Assembly (NCBI GenBank): GCA_035283065.1
Contig: DATEUP010000275.1
Coordinates: 1 to 58,852 of the forward strand
Direction: 5' to 3'
Source of the DNA: Thermoplasmatota archaeon
Lineage (GTDB): Archaea; Thermoplasmatota; DTKX01; DATEUP01
Length of the DNA stretch: 58,852 bases
In this document: positions 51,599 through 58,782 of the stretch, in pieces
Numbering within the stretch: the stretch's first letter is position 1
How the letters are laid out: the number at the start of each line of letters is the position of its first letter
Notes under the pieces: model-generated
What the model saw: the letters and a program-made list of their open reading frames with translations, nothing else
What the model was told of the DNA's origin: nothing
Database searches by the model: none
Position numbers and translations under genes: made by a program

Positions 51599-51790
51599 AT
51601 GACTGATCTGCCAAGCACCACCGTCAGAGAAGTGAACTTCCAGAAGCGCGGGGAGATCCCCTCCGGCGCGCGCCTGGTGATCGTGCTCAATCCTACCACC
51701 CTCACGGGTGGTCAGGTGATCTTGGATCGCACCGTACCGGCGGGCCTGACGTTCGACGGACTCGTGCAGGTCGCCGGCACGCTCAAGTAG
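51599..51790 (+). CDS. hypothetical protein (63 aa)
   Basis: CAGGAGA SD. Confidence 0.6.
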   Translation: MTDLPSTTVREVNFQKRGEIPSGARLVIVLNPTTLTGGQVILDRTVPAGLTFDGLVQVAGTLK

Positions 51791-51860
51791 TCGTGAGATT
51801 CTCAAACGACGCCGGCGGCGAGACCATCGCCGTCAGCGCGAACCTCATCGTCGTGGAGTT

Positions 51861-52091
51861 CTAGCCGGTCTTCCAGCGAGCCGAACTCGGCCTGTGCGCC
51901 CCGTGGCGCGGCGCGGCAGGATCGAGGCTGACGTACTGCCGATTCCCGCACCAGCAGCAGACGAGAACGCCGTCCGTCCTCTCGGGGACTGATTCTCCGC
52001 GGTTGATCGTGCCGGGGTGCAGGCAGTGCTCGTGGAACGTGCGGCACGCCCCGAGCGCGTTGAGGGGAACCGGCCGGATGACGTCGTCCAT
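51861..52091 (-). CDS. hypothetical Cys-rich protein (76 aa)
   Basis: Internal ATG 52091. No clear SD. Confidence 0.35.
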   Translation of the reverse strand: MDDVIRPVPLNALGACRTFHEHCLHPGTINRGESVPERTDGVLVCCWCGNRQYVSLDPAAPRHGAHRPSSARWKTG

Positions 52092-52155
52092 TGAAGAAGG
52101 CCCGGGGCGGGAAAGCAAGCCGAGAATCCAGGCCCCGGGCCTTGGGGGTTGGGCA

Positions 52156-52431
52156 CTATCTTCGCTTGGGCTTCTTCATGCTCGAGGGCCTGTTCTTCCC
52201 GCCCGACTTCTTCTTCGGCCTCGGCGCCGCGGGGGTGGGGGAGAGTTCGACGACAGGTGACGGCTCGACCACGGGGGCCGCCGGCGCGGGCGGCGGTGGA
52301 GGGGGCGGCACCGGAGGGGCCTCGTACTTCGGCGAGCGGTTGGAGTAGCTCGCGCACTTGGGGCACTTGCCGGCGGGCGTCTGCGTGGCCTCGAAGTCGA
52401 TCGCGCAGAGCGGGCAGTGGTATCGGGGCAT
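52156..52431 (-). CDS. zinc-ribbon protein with poly-Pro linker and basic tail (91 aa)
   Basis: AGGAGG SD. Cys pairs CPLC ... CPKC. Confidence 0.65.
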   Translation of the reverse strand: MPRYHCPLCAIDFEATQTPAGKCPKCASYSNRSPKYEAPPVPPPPPPPAPAAPVVEPSPVVELSPTPAAPRPKKKSGGKNRPSSMKKPKRR

Positions 52432-52536
52432 CCGTAGTCCTCCTGGTTGTTAGGGACCCGGCACCGGCCGGCCGGGCGAGGTGCCGGGCCCCACGTCCAA
52501 TTGGCGAAGGCGAAACACACGCGAACCCTACCAAAA

Positions 52537-52548
52537 CGTACCCGTACC
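52537..52548. promoter_or_regulatory. tandem half-sites CGTACC CGTACC
   Basis: Direct repeat of the operator half-site within a 326-nt divergent gap. Confidence 0.4.
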
Positions 52549-52757
52549 CGTCAAGCGTTTCGGAACTTTCTTCGCGGGAACTTGCCCGGATGCTTGACGC
52601 CGAGGCGTCCCGTTGTAGACTGGCGATTAGGTAGACTGATGAATACGCAGACCCCCGAGCGAGACGCCGGCGAACCGGCTCCGGTCCCGCCTTGCGTGGC
52701 ATCGGTCTACCTCCGGTCGTCGGCGTTCTCGCTAGGGGGTCGTTTGGGAGATCGCCG

Positions 52758-53018
52758 ATGACAACCCGCAATGCACCCCCGGGCGGTGCAATCGCCTCGT
52801 TGGCCGCGAATCACAACACCACTGAGCGCACCGAGGCAAGAGACCGGCTCCACGCCCAACTTGATGCCCTTGGGGGTCGGACTCCAACCGATACCGAACT
52901 GCGGAGTCTCCTTCAGACCGCAGACGATGCCTTTCACCCCAAGTCCGCCGCGTGGCGGCTGATGTCCGCCCTGGTCCGCGCTCTCGGTGAAGCGAAGAGA
53001 CGGATCTCAAATGGCTAA
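52758..53018 (+). CDS. hypothetical protein (86 aa)
   Basis: GGGAG SD before ATG 52758. Confidence 0.55.
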   Translation: MTTRNAPPGGAIASLAANHNTTERTEARDRLHAQLDALGGRTPTDTELRSLLQTADDAFHPKSAAWRLMSALVRALGEAKRRISNG

Positions 53019-53841
53019 GGGCGTCCACAAGATCCCCTCGTTCCCCTTCTACCCGGGCGACTGGCGCAAGGATCCCGAACTCAACGCCTGCTCCAAGGCC
53101 GCCAAGGGGGTCTGGATTGACCTGATGTGCTTCCTCTGGGAGGCCCCCCAGAGGGGTAAGTTGACGGGCACCTGGGCCGACTTCGCCAACCTTCTGGGCC
53201 TCCCAGAGCCCACCGCCCGTGCGCTCATCCAGGAGCTCGTCGACCATCGAGTTCCCACGCTCGTCACGCATCGTCACAACAAAGTCACGTTGATGTCACG
53301 CCGCTTTATCCGAATGGAGAAAGAGCGCATAAACGCGGCCAATAGGCAGAACGAGGCCAGAAAACGCAAGCGCGATCAAGGTGGTGTCACGCCAGAATCA
53401 CGCCCCAGTCACGGTAACGTCACGCCGATGTTCACCCCCTCTTCATCTTCATCTTCATCTTCATCTTCATCTTCCCTTACGGGTGAGGAGGGGGAGGCGG
53501 CCCACGCCGCCGCCCCCGCGCCCGCCGATCCGGTCTCGTTGATGGACGCAGCGGCCGAGATCAAGGCCGCTCTTCGGACGTCGACGGCGCCCCGGTGGAT
53601 CGTCGAGGACATCGAAGCGGCGATGGCCCGGACGCCCGGCCTTATGCTCGGAACCCTGGTCAACCGGATCAGGTCGAAGGCGTCGGAGTTCGCTGGCCAG
53701 CCGGCGCGGACGTGCATCGAAACGCTCTGGCCCTGCCAGCCCGCGCCCCGAGCGAAGCCGTCGCAGATCGACATGATCGCCGAGATCAACCGCAAGCCCC
53801 TGCCTCCTAGGAAGAAGGCGGATCCCAATGGAAGAGCATGA
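53011..53841 (+). CDS. DUF1376-domain protein (replication-associated?)
   Basis: FPFYPGDWRKDPELNACSKAAKGVWIDLMCFLW matches the DUF1376 N-terminal motif. Contains a 12-Ser run. Confidence 0.65.
   Translation: MAKGVHKIPSFPFYPGDWRKDPELNACSKAAKGVWIDLMCFLWEAPQRGKLTGTWADFANLLGLPEPTARALIQELVDHRVPTLVTHRHNKVTLMSRRFIRMEKERINAANRQNEARKRKRDQGGVTPESRPSHGNVTPMFTPSSSSSSSSSSSSLTGEEGEAAHAAAPAPADPVSLMDAAAEIKAALRTSTAPRWIVEDIEAAMARTPGLMLGTLVNRIRSKASEFAGQPARTCIETLWPCQPAPRAKPSQIDMIAEINRKPLPPRKKADPNGRA
53441..53474. repeat. hexanucleotide tandem repeat (CTTCAT) x5.7 encoding poly-Ser
   Basis: Read directly. Uses AT-ending Ser codons in a high-GC gene. Confidence 0.9.
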
Positions 53842-54304
53842 GTTCCTTGGGGCGTCTTCCATGTTGGCCCGGAACTTCGGGCCGACGTGGTGGGAGAACT
53901 TCATGACGATGCTCTGGGAGGACTACGGTCACCTGGACGTCGACACGTGGCGCAAAGTAGTCGAGTTCGTCCGCAAGCACGAGACCTCGCACTGGCCTTT
54001 GATCTCGCGATTCGAGGAGGCGGTCGCCTCGGTGAAGGGCGGTATCATCACTCAAATCGGGAAGCAAGACGTCGACCTCCAGCGTCGCCGCGACGCCGAG
54101 GCCCTCGAAGAGGATAAGAGATACCAAGAGGCGATGGGGCGCTTCGAGAAACTCGCCGACGAGAAGCGTGCCCCCTATCTTGCGGCGGCCACCGATCAGC
54201 TCAACAGGCTGCCCCCGTTCAAGGGGCGCACGGCCGACCAAGACGACGCGTACCGCCGCCGGTGGGCGTGCCTCGAGTGGCTTCGGGAGACGGGTGGCAG
54301 GTGA
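53828..54304 (+). CDS. hypothetical protein (158 aa)
   Basis: The ATG overlaps the upstream gene by 14 nt. Confidence 0.6.
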   Translation: MEEHEFLGASSMLARNFGPTWWENFMTMLWEDYGHLDVDTWRKVVEFVRKHETSHWPLISRFEEAVASVKGGIITQIGKQDVDLQRRRDAEALEEDKRYQEAMGRFEKLADEKRAPYLAAATDQLNRLPPFKGRTADQDDAYRRRWACLEWLRETGGR

Positions 54305-54750
54305 GCAGGCTTACGATAGTGCCGTGCGACCTGGATGAAGCGAACGCCTTCGTCGAACGGGTGCATCGTTACCACGGGCCTGTGGTCGGGCACAAGTTCT
54401 CCCTGGCGGTGACGGACGAGGCTGACGTGATTCGATGCGTAGCGATCGTCGGCCGCCCGGTCGCCCGGCACCTCGACGACGGATGGACGCTCGAGGTCAC
54501 CCGCGTCGCAACGGATGGGTGCCCGAACGCATGCTCTGCGCTCTACGGCGCTGCGCGTCGCGCGACCTTCGCCCTCGGGTTCCGTCGACTGGTCACGTAC
54601 ACCCTCCCGGCCGAAAGCGGGGCGTCCTTGCGGGGCGCTGGCTGGCGGGTCATAGGGGAGGCAGGCGGCGGAAGCTGGTCGCGGAAGGATCGGCCGCGGG
54701 TCGACAAACACCCGACGCAGGCGAAACTCCGGTGGGAGATTAGTTCGTGA
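54301..54750 (+). CDS. conserved methylase-associated protein (XF1762-like, recalled from memory)
   Basis: GTGA overlap. Pattern FVERVHRYHGPVVGHKF ... IVGRPVARHLDDGWTLEVTRVATDG ... SLRGAGW. Confidence 0.4.
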   Translation: MSRLTIVPCDLDEANAFVERVHRYHGPVVGHKFSLAVTDEADVIRCVAIVGRPVARHLDDGWTLEVTRVATDGCPNACSALYGAARRATFALGFRRLVTYTLPAESGASLRGAGWRVIGEAGGGSWSRKDRPRVDKHPTQAKLRWEISS

Positions 54751-55961
54751 GCATCCCCGAGGTTCTCGCCGGCTCCCGCTCCTGGCACGTCGAAACCGGG
54801 GACGCCCTCGCCGTGCTCCGGTCGATGCTCGACGCCTCGGTCCAGTGCTGCGTGACATCGCCGCCTTATTTTGGACTCCGCAATTATCAGGCTGATGGGC
54901 AGATCGGCCTTGAGCGCACGTTGCAGGAGTACGTCGCTAGGCTCGTAGAGGTCTTCGCCGAGGTGCGACGCGTCCTCCGCGAGGACGGGACGCTCTGGCT
55001 GAACATCGGCGACTGCTACAACGCCTACCCCGACAACCGAGGGACCGAGAGCGAGTACGCCGGCAAACGCAAGGAGATGGAGGCGCGATTCCCTGAAGGT
55101 TACGGCTTGATGGCCCCGTCCCTCAAGCCCAAAGACCTCTGCGGCATCCCGTGGAGGGTCGCCTTCGCGCTACAGGCCGATGGCTGGTGGCTGCGATCCG
55201 ACATCATTTGGGAAAAAAGTAACCCAATGCCAGAGAGCGTCCGGGACCGGCCAACAAAGGCGCACGAGTACATCTTCCTGCTGACGAAAAGGGATCGCTA
55301 CTTCTGGGACTCCGACGCGGTTCGAGAGCCACATCACTCCCAGAGCATCGCGCGCCGGAACCGCGCAAGAAGCGGGGGCAAGTACCGGGGGACGAACGGA
55401 GCGCAGCCGAAAGGCAACCCCCACTCCATCACGCTGGCGTTGGATCACTGCCTGCACCCGGCCGGCCGCAACATGCTGACCGTCTGGCGCATGGCGACGC
55501 AACCCTTCCCCGGCGACCACTTCGCGGTCTTCCCCTTCGAGCTGGCCGAGCGATGCATCAAGGCGGGAACTTCGGAGATGGGATGCTGCTCGCGGTGCGG
55601 CGCCCCGCGCATGCGGCGGGTCGAGCGGGAGCCTATGGTCATTCGCCGATCCGGGCGCACGCACGAGAAGGGGCGAACGCGATCGAGCGGCACCGTCGTT
55701 GAACCCCCGCGGGCGACGACGGTCGGGTGGTCTGCATCCTGCGACTGCGGCGCGGCCGGCGTGGGGTGCGTCGTGCTCGACCCGTTCTGCGGCGCCGGAA
55801 CCGCCGGCGTCGTCGCAACCCACCTCGTCCGCAGGTTCGTTGGGATAGAACTCAACCCCGAGTACGCCGAGATGGGCCGCGATCGGATCCGGCGTGGCTA
55901 CTACGCGCCGCATCCGACCGATACGGAAACGCCGCTGTTTGACGGAGCAGGAGCATGTTGA
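54747..55961 (+). CDS. beta-class DNA methyltransferase (N4-cytosine or N6-adenine)
   Basis: VTSPPY (motif IV) lies near the N-terminus. VLDPFCGAGTAGV (motif I) lies near the C-terminus. Confidence 0.8.
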   Translation: MSIPEVLAGSRSWHVETGDALAVLRSMLDASVQCCVTSPPYFGLRNYQADGQIGLERTLQEYVARLVEVFAEVRRVLREDGTLWLNIGDCYNAYPDNRGTESEYAGKRKEMEARFPEGYGLMAPSLKPKDLCGIPWRVAFALQADGWWLRSDIIWEKSNPMPESVRDRPTKAHEYIFLLTKRDRYFWDSDAVREPHHSQSIARRNRARSGGKYRGTNGAQPKGNPHSITLALDHCLHPAGRNMLTVWRMATQPFPGDHFAVFPFELAERCIKAGTSEMGCCSRCGAPRMRRVEREPMVIRRSGRTHEKGRTRSSGTVVEPPRATTVGWSASCDCGAAGVGCVVLDPFCGAGTAGVVATHLVRRFVGIELNPEYAEMGRDRIRRGYYAPHPTDTETPLFDGAGAC

Positions 55962-56422
55962 CGTTCTACATCATCGCAGGGATCGCCATCGTGTTGACGG
56001 CATGTCTCGCCGAGGATATTGGTAAAGTTTTGTTCGACGGGTTGCACAGGTGGTGGCGCATCCGTCGTGCCTGTAAGACTATTAACCGCATCGTCTCGGA
56101 GGAAGAAAAGAACCTCCCCCCTCTCCCCGAGAAGATGCACGCGCCGAGCCTGTGGTACAACGGGCCGGACGTAACGCCCGAATTCCCCGAGATCGTAGTC
56201 GCGTGCGCTCCCGACGATCTGTTCACGAACAGTCGCGGCGTGACGCACTTCAAGGGCTGCTACTGCGTGTATACGCCTGACTACCCGGAAGCATGCTCTT
56301 GCCCCGCTCCCTACGGCAAGCACTCTCTGCCGTGCCCATACCAGCCACCGCCCGAACCGCCCTGCCCGCACGATCACGTGGACCCGGATTGGGCCGATAA
56401 AGAATTCGACAGGATGGCATGA
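55955..56422 (+). CDS. membrane-anchored Cys/Pro-rich protein (155 aa)
   Basis: N-terminal TM FYIIAGIAIVLTACL. GGAGCAGGAG SD. Confidence 0.55.
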   Translation: MLTFYIIAGIAIVLTACLAEDIGKVLFDGLHRWWRIRRACKTINRIVSEEEKNLPPLPEKMHAPSLWYNGPDVTPEFPEIVVACAPDDLFTNSRGVTHFKGCYCVYTPDYPEACSCPAPYGKHSLPCPYQPPPEPPCPHDHVDPDWADKEFDRMA

Positions 56423-57738
56423 AGGAGACCGCCGATGACGTGGTTGTACCTCCCCTCCGAGTGCTTGCCCTCTGCGCCGGCGGGGGCGGAATCGAACTCG
56501 GTCTCCAGCTCGTCCTCGGGCGCGAGGGAGTACGCACCGTGGGGTACTGTGAACGGGAAGCCTACGCAGCGGCCGTCATCGTGGCGCGGATGGAAGACGC
56601 GGCCCTGGATCACGCGCCTGTCTGGGACGACGTTGGAACCTTCGACGGCCGACGCTGGCGTGGAGCGGTGGATCTCGTCGCTGCAGGCTTCCCCTGCCCT
56701 CCGGTTTCGGTCGCCGGCAAGCGCAAGGGCGACAACGACGAGCGCTGGCTCTGGCCGGACGTCTTCCGGGTCTGGCAGGAGACGGGCGCGCCGTGGCTCT
56801 TCGTCGAAAACGTCGCCGGGCTCCGCTCATCCGACATTGGGGATCGCAGTAGCGTTCCTGTGCTCGGAGGGATACCTGACGAGTGGGCAGGGGCTTCTGA
56901 GCGGGCGCTACAACTCATACTGCGAGACCTTGCCGCGGGCGGGTACTCTGCGGAATGGATCTCTCTATCGGCGGAACAACTGGGTGCCCCGCATCAGCGG
57001 GATCGGGTGTTCCTCTTGGCCCACGCCGATGAGCGGGGCGGCCACAAGGACGGCGCAGGGGGGCATCCAGCTATCGCAGGCGGCACGGGGGTGGCCGACG
57101 CAGGACGCGGGGACCAGTCAAAACGGCCACGGCCGGCGGGGCGGACGCCCGGACAACGGGAGCCAGAGCGGGGAGCGGCTGGAGGCAACGGCCAAGATGT
57201 GGCCGACCCCGCCGGCGGGCGACGTCGCCGGCGGGCGGACCACCAAGGGCAAAGCCCGGCAGGGGGAAACGGGGCTGAGGAAGGTGGCGCAGAAGTGGCC
57301 GACCCCCAAGCAGAAGACCGGCGGCCCGGAGGGGCGGGCGTCGCGGGCCCGAAGGGGAGCCGGCGGGGAAGACCTCGACGCCAGCGCCCGGATGTGGGGG
57401 ACGCCGCGCGCGGCCGAGTGGAAGGGGGCGGGGCCGGTCGGAAGCTCCTCGCACCAGCACTGGCTGGATCACAAGTACCTGACGGCGCAGGCGACGCTCT
57501 TCCGCTGTGGCCCCCCGGACGAGACGAGTACGACGCCTGGCGAGACGTCCTCGCCGTCCGACCCGACCTCGCGCCGGCAGTTGAATCCACGCATGGCAGA
57601 GTGGCTGATGGCATGGCCAATTGGATGGAGCGACTCCAACTTATCGGGAACGGTGTTGTGCCGGTCTGTGCAGCAGTGGCGTTCCTCGTCATTGCCCATC
57701 GTTCTGGCCTGTCTGGAATCTTTAAGGAGCAGCCGTGA
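56419..57738 (+). CDS. DNA (cytosine-5)-methyltransferase
   Basis: Motif I LALCAGGGG, IV GFPCPPVS, VI FVENVAG, VIII QRDRVFLLA, X IGNGVVP. The ~170-aa Gly/Arg/Ala-rich middle looks non-native. Confidence 0.75.
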   Translation: MKETADDVVVPPLRVLALCAGGGGIELGLQLVLGREGVRTVGYCEREAYAAAVIVARMEDAALDHAPVWDDVGTFDGRRWRGAVDLVAAGFPCPPVSVAGKRKGDNDERWLWPDVFRVWQETGAPWLFVENVAGLRSSDIGDRSSVPVLGGIPDEWAGASERALQLILRDLAAGGYSAEWISLSAEQLGAPHQRDRVFLLAHADERGGHKDGAGGHPAIAGGTGVADAGRGDQSKRPRPAGRTPGQREPERGAAGGNGQDVADPAGGRRRRRADHQGQSPAGGNGAEEGGAEVADPQAEDRRPGGAGVAGPKGSRRGRPRRQRPDVGDAARGRVEGGGAGRKLLAPALAGSQVPDGAGDALPLWPPGRDEYDAWRDVLAVRPDLAPAVESTHGRVADGMANWMERLQLIGNGVVPVCAAVAFLVIAHRSGLSGIFKEQP

Positions 57739-57748
57739 AAGCGTGTAA
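56435..57748 (+). CDS. co-extensive +1-frame ORF (WPTP-repeat sequence): overprinted gene or frameshifted methylase segment
   Basis: AAGGAG lies 7 nt upstream of ATG 56435. Five W-P/G-T-P/Q repeats and LNPRMAEWLMAWPIGWSD. High third-position G+C. Confidence 0.4.
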   Translation: MTWLYLPSECLPSAPAGAESNSVSSSSSGAREYAPWGTVNGKPTQRPSSWRGWKTRPWITRLSGTTLEPSTADAGVERWISSLQASPALRFRSPASARATTTSAGSGRTSSGSGRRRARRGSSSKTSPGSAHPTLGIAVAFLCSEGYLTSGQGLLSGRYNSYCETLPRAGTLRNGSLYRRNNWVPRISGIGCSSWPTPMSGAATRTAQGGIQLSQAARGWPTQDAGTSQNGHGRRGGRPDNGSQSGERLEATAKMWPTPPAGDVAGGRTTKGKARQGETGLRKVAQKWPTPKQKTGGPEGRASRARRGAGGEDLDASARMWGTPRAAEWKGAGPVGSSSHQHWLDHKYLTAQATLFRCGPPDETSTTPGETSSPSDPTSRRQLNPRMAEWLMAWPIGWSDSNLSGTVLCRSVQQWRSSSLPIVLACLESLRSSRESV

Positions 57749-58208
57749 TAACTGCGGGGAAGAATTACTCAAACGCCCACAAGAGTGGCCAGCACGCTTT
57801 GCTGCCCGAGAATTTTGCAACCGCTCGTGCGCTACGAGGGCAAGGGGTGTAAATCCCGTCACCACCAGGTATCGGCACATCAAGGTTGGAGGGCGGGCGT
57901 ACCAAGAGCACAGATGGGTGATGCAGAACGCCATCGGGCGTCCGCTGCGGAGCGATGAGTTTGTACATCACAAGAACGGGAACAAGCTGGACAACCGACC
58001 GGAGAATCTTGAAGTGCTCGACCCGGTGACGCACGGCCGGGAGCATCACCTGATTCTTCCTTTGAGGAAGCCCTGTGTTGTATGTGGCCGGGAGTTCACC
58101 CCTCACAAGACGAAGCGACGGCGGGCGAAGGTGTGCGGTCCAGAATGTAGGGAGGCTCTAAGGAGGCGCCCCCGTACCTCCAAGAAGGAACGCGATGTCG
58201 TTGCTTGA
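57735..58208 (+). CDS. HNH endonuclease
   Basis: AAGGAG SD and GTGA overlap. Motif HHKNGNKLDNRPENLEVLDPVTHGREH flanked by Cys pairs. Confidence 0.85.
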   Translation: MKACNNCGEELLKRPQEWPARFAAREFCNRSCATRARGVNPVTTRYRHIKVGGRAYQEHRWVMQNAIGRPLRSDEFVHHKNGNKLDNRPENLEVLDPVTHGREHHLILPLRKPCVVCGREFTPHKTKRRRAKVCGPECREALRRRPRTSKKERDVVA

Positions 58209-58343
58209 CCTGGCCCGCCCCGGATGTGACGCTGTGGGCCGTGCAGCAAGTCAAGGGGTTGGCGAAGTCGCCGCGATAACGCAGGTATGCTCGCTGGCGT
58301 TCCTTCATTTGCTCAGCCGCGCCGGAGGTGGTAGAGATGGTGC

Positions 58344-58526
58344 GTGAAACTGGTGCGGGCGTTGGGGTTCGGCGTGGGTCTTTGCCTTCTGGCGGCGGGG
58401 ATGATCATGAGCGTTGAACGAGGGCTTGAAGACGGTTCGGCCGCGGCGATGCTCGCCGGCGGATGCCTGCTGGTAGCTTGGTACGTTGAAACGTGGAGGC
58501 GCGATGACGCAAACCCCAAACCCTGA
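58344..58526 (+). CDS. two-TM small membrane protein (60 aa)
   Basis: GTG start with GGAGGTGG upstream. Confidence 0.45.
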   Translation: MKLVRALGFGVGLCLLAAGMIMSVERGLEDGSAAAMLAGGCLLVAWYVETWRRDDANPKP

Positions 58527-58782
58527 AGAAGTGGCCCGCCGGATCGGGGAGGCGTCGGCCTTGATCATCACCACCCTCAACGACCACGGCTACGAGGGCG
58601 CAGAGATCGTGGCGGCGTGCTCGAACGTCGTGTCGGTCTTCTTCGCCGGCGCCGTCAAGGAGGGCCTTGCCTACGAACGCGGCGAGGACTTCATGCTTGA
58701 ACTGATGGCCGGGATGCAGGAGCAGTTCGAGCGGCAGTTCCCCGCGCTCAACCGGCAGTCGCGCGATGGGGGTGGGTCGTGA
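58504..58782 (+). CDS. hypothetical protein (92 aa)
   Basis: GGAGG SD before ATG 58504. Confidence 0.55.
   Translation: MTQTPNPEEVARRIGEASALIITTLNDHGYEGAEIVAACSNVVSVFFAGAVKEGLAYERGEDFMLELMAGMQEQFERQFPALNRQSRDGGGS

Noticed and set aside
58205-58233. TTGACC-N17-GACGCT as a promoter after the HNH gene
   Set aside because: The -10 candidate is poor and there is no supporting repeat or operator.
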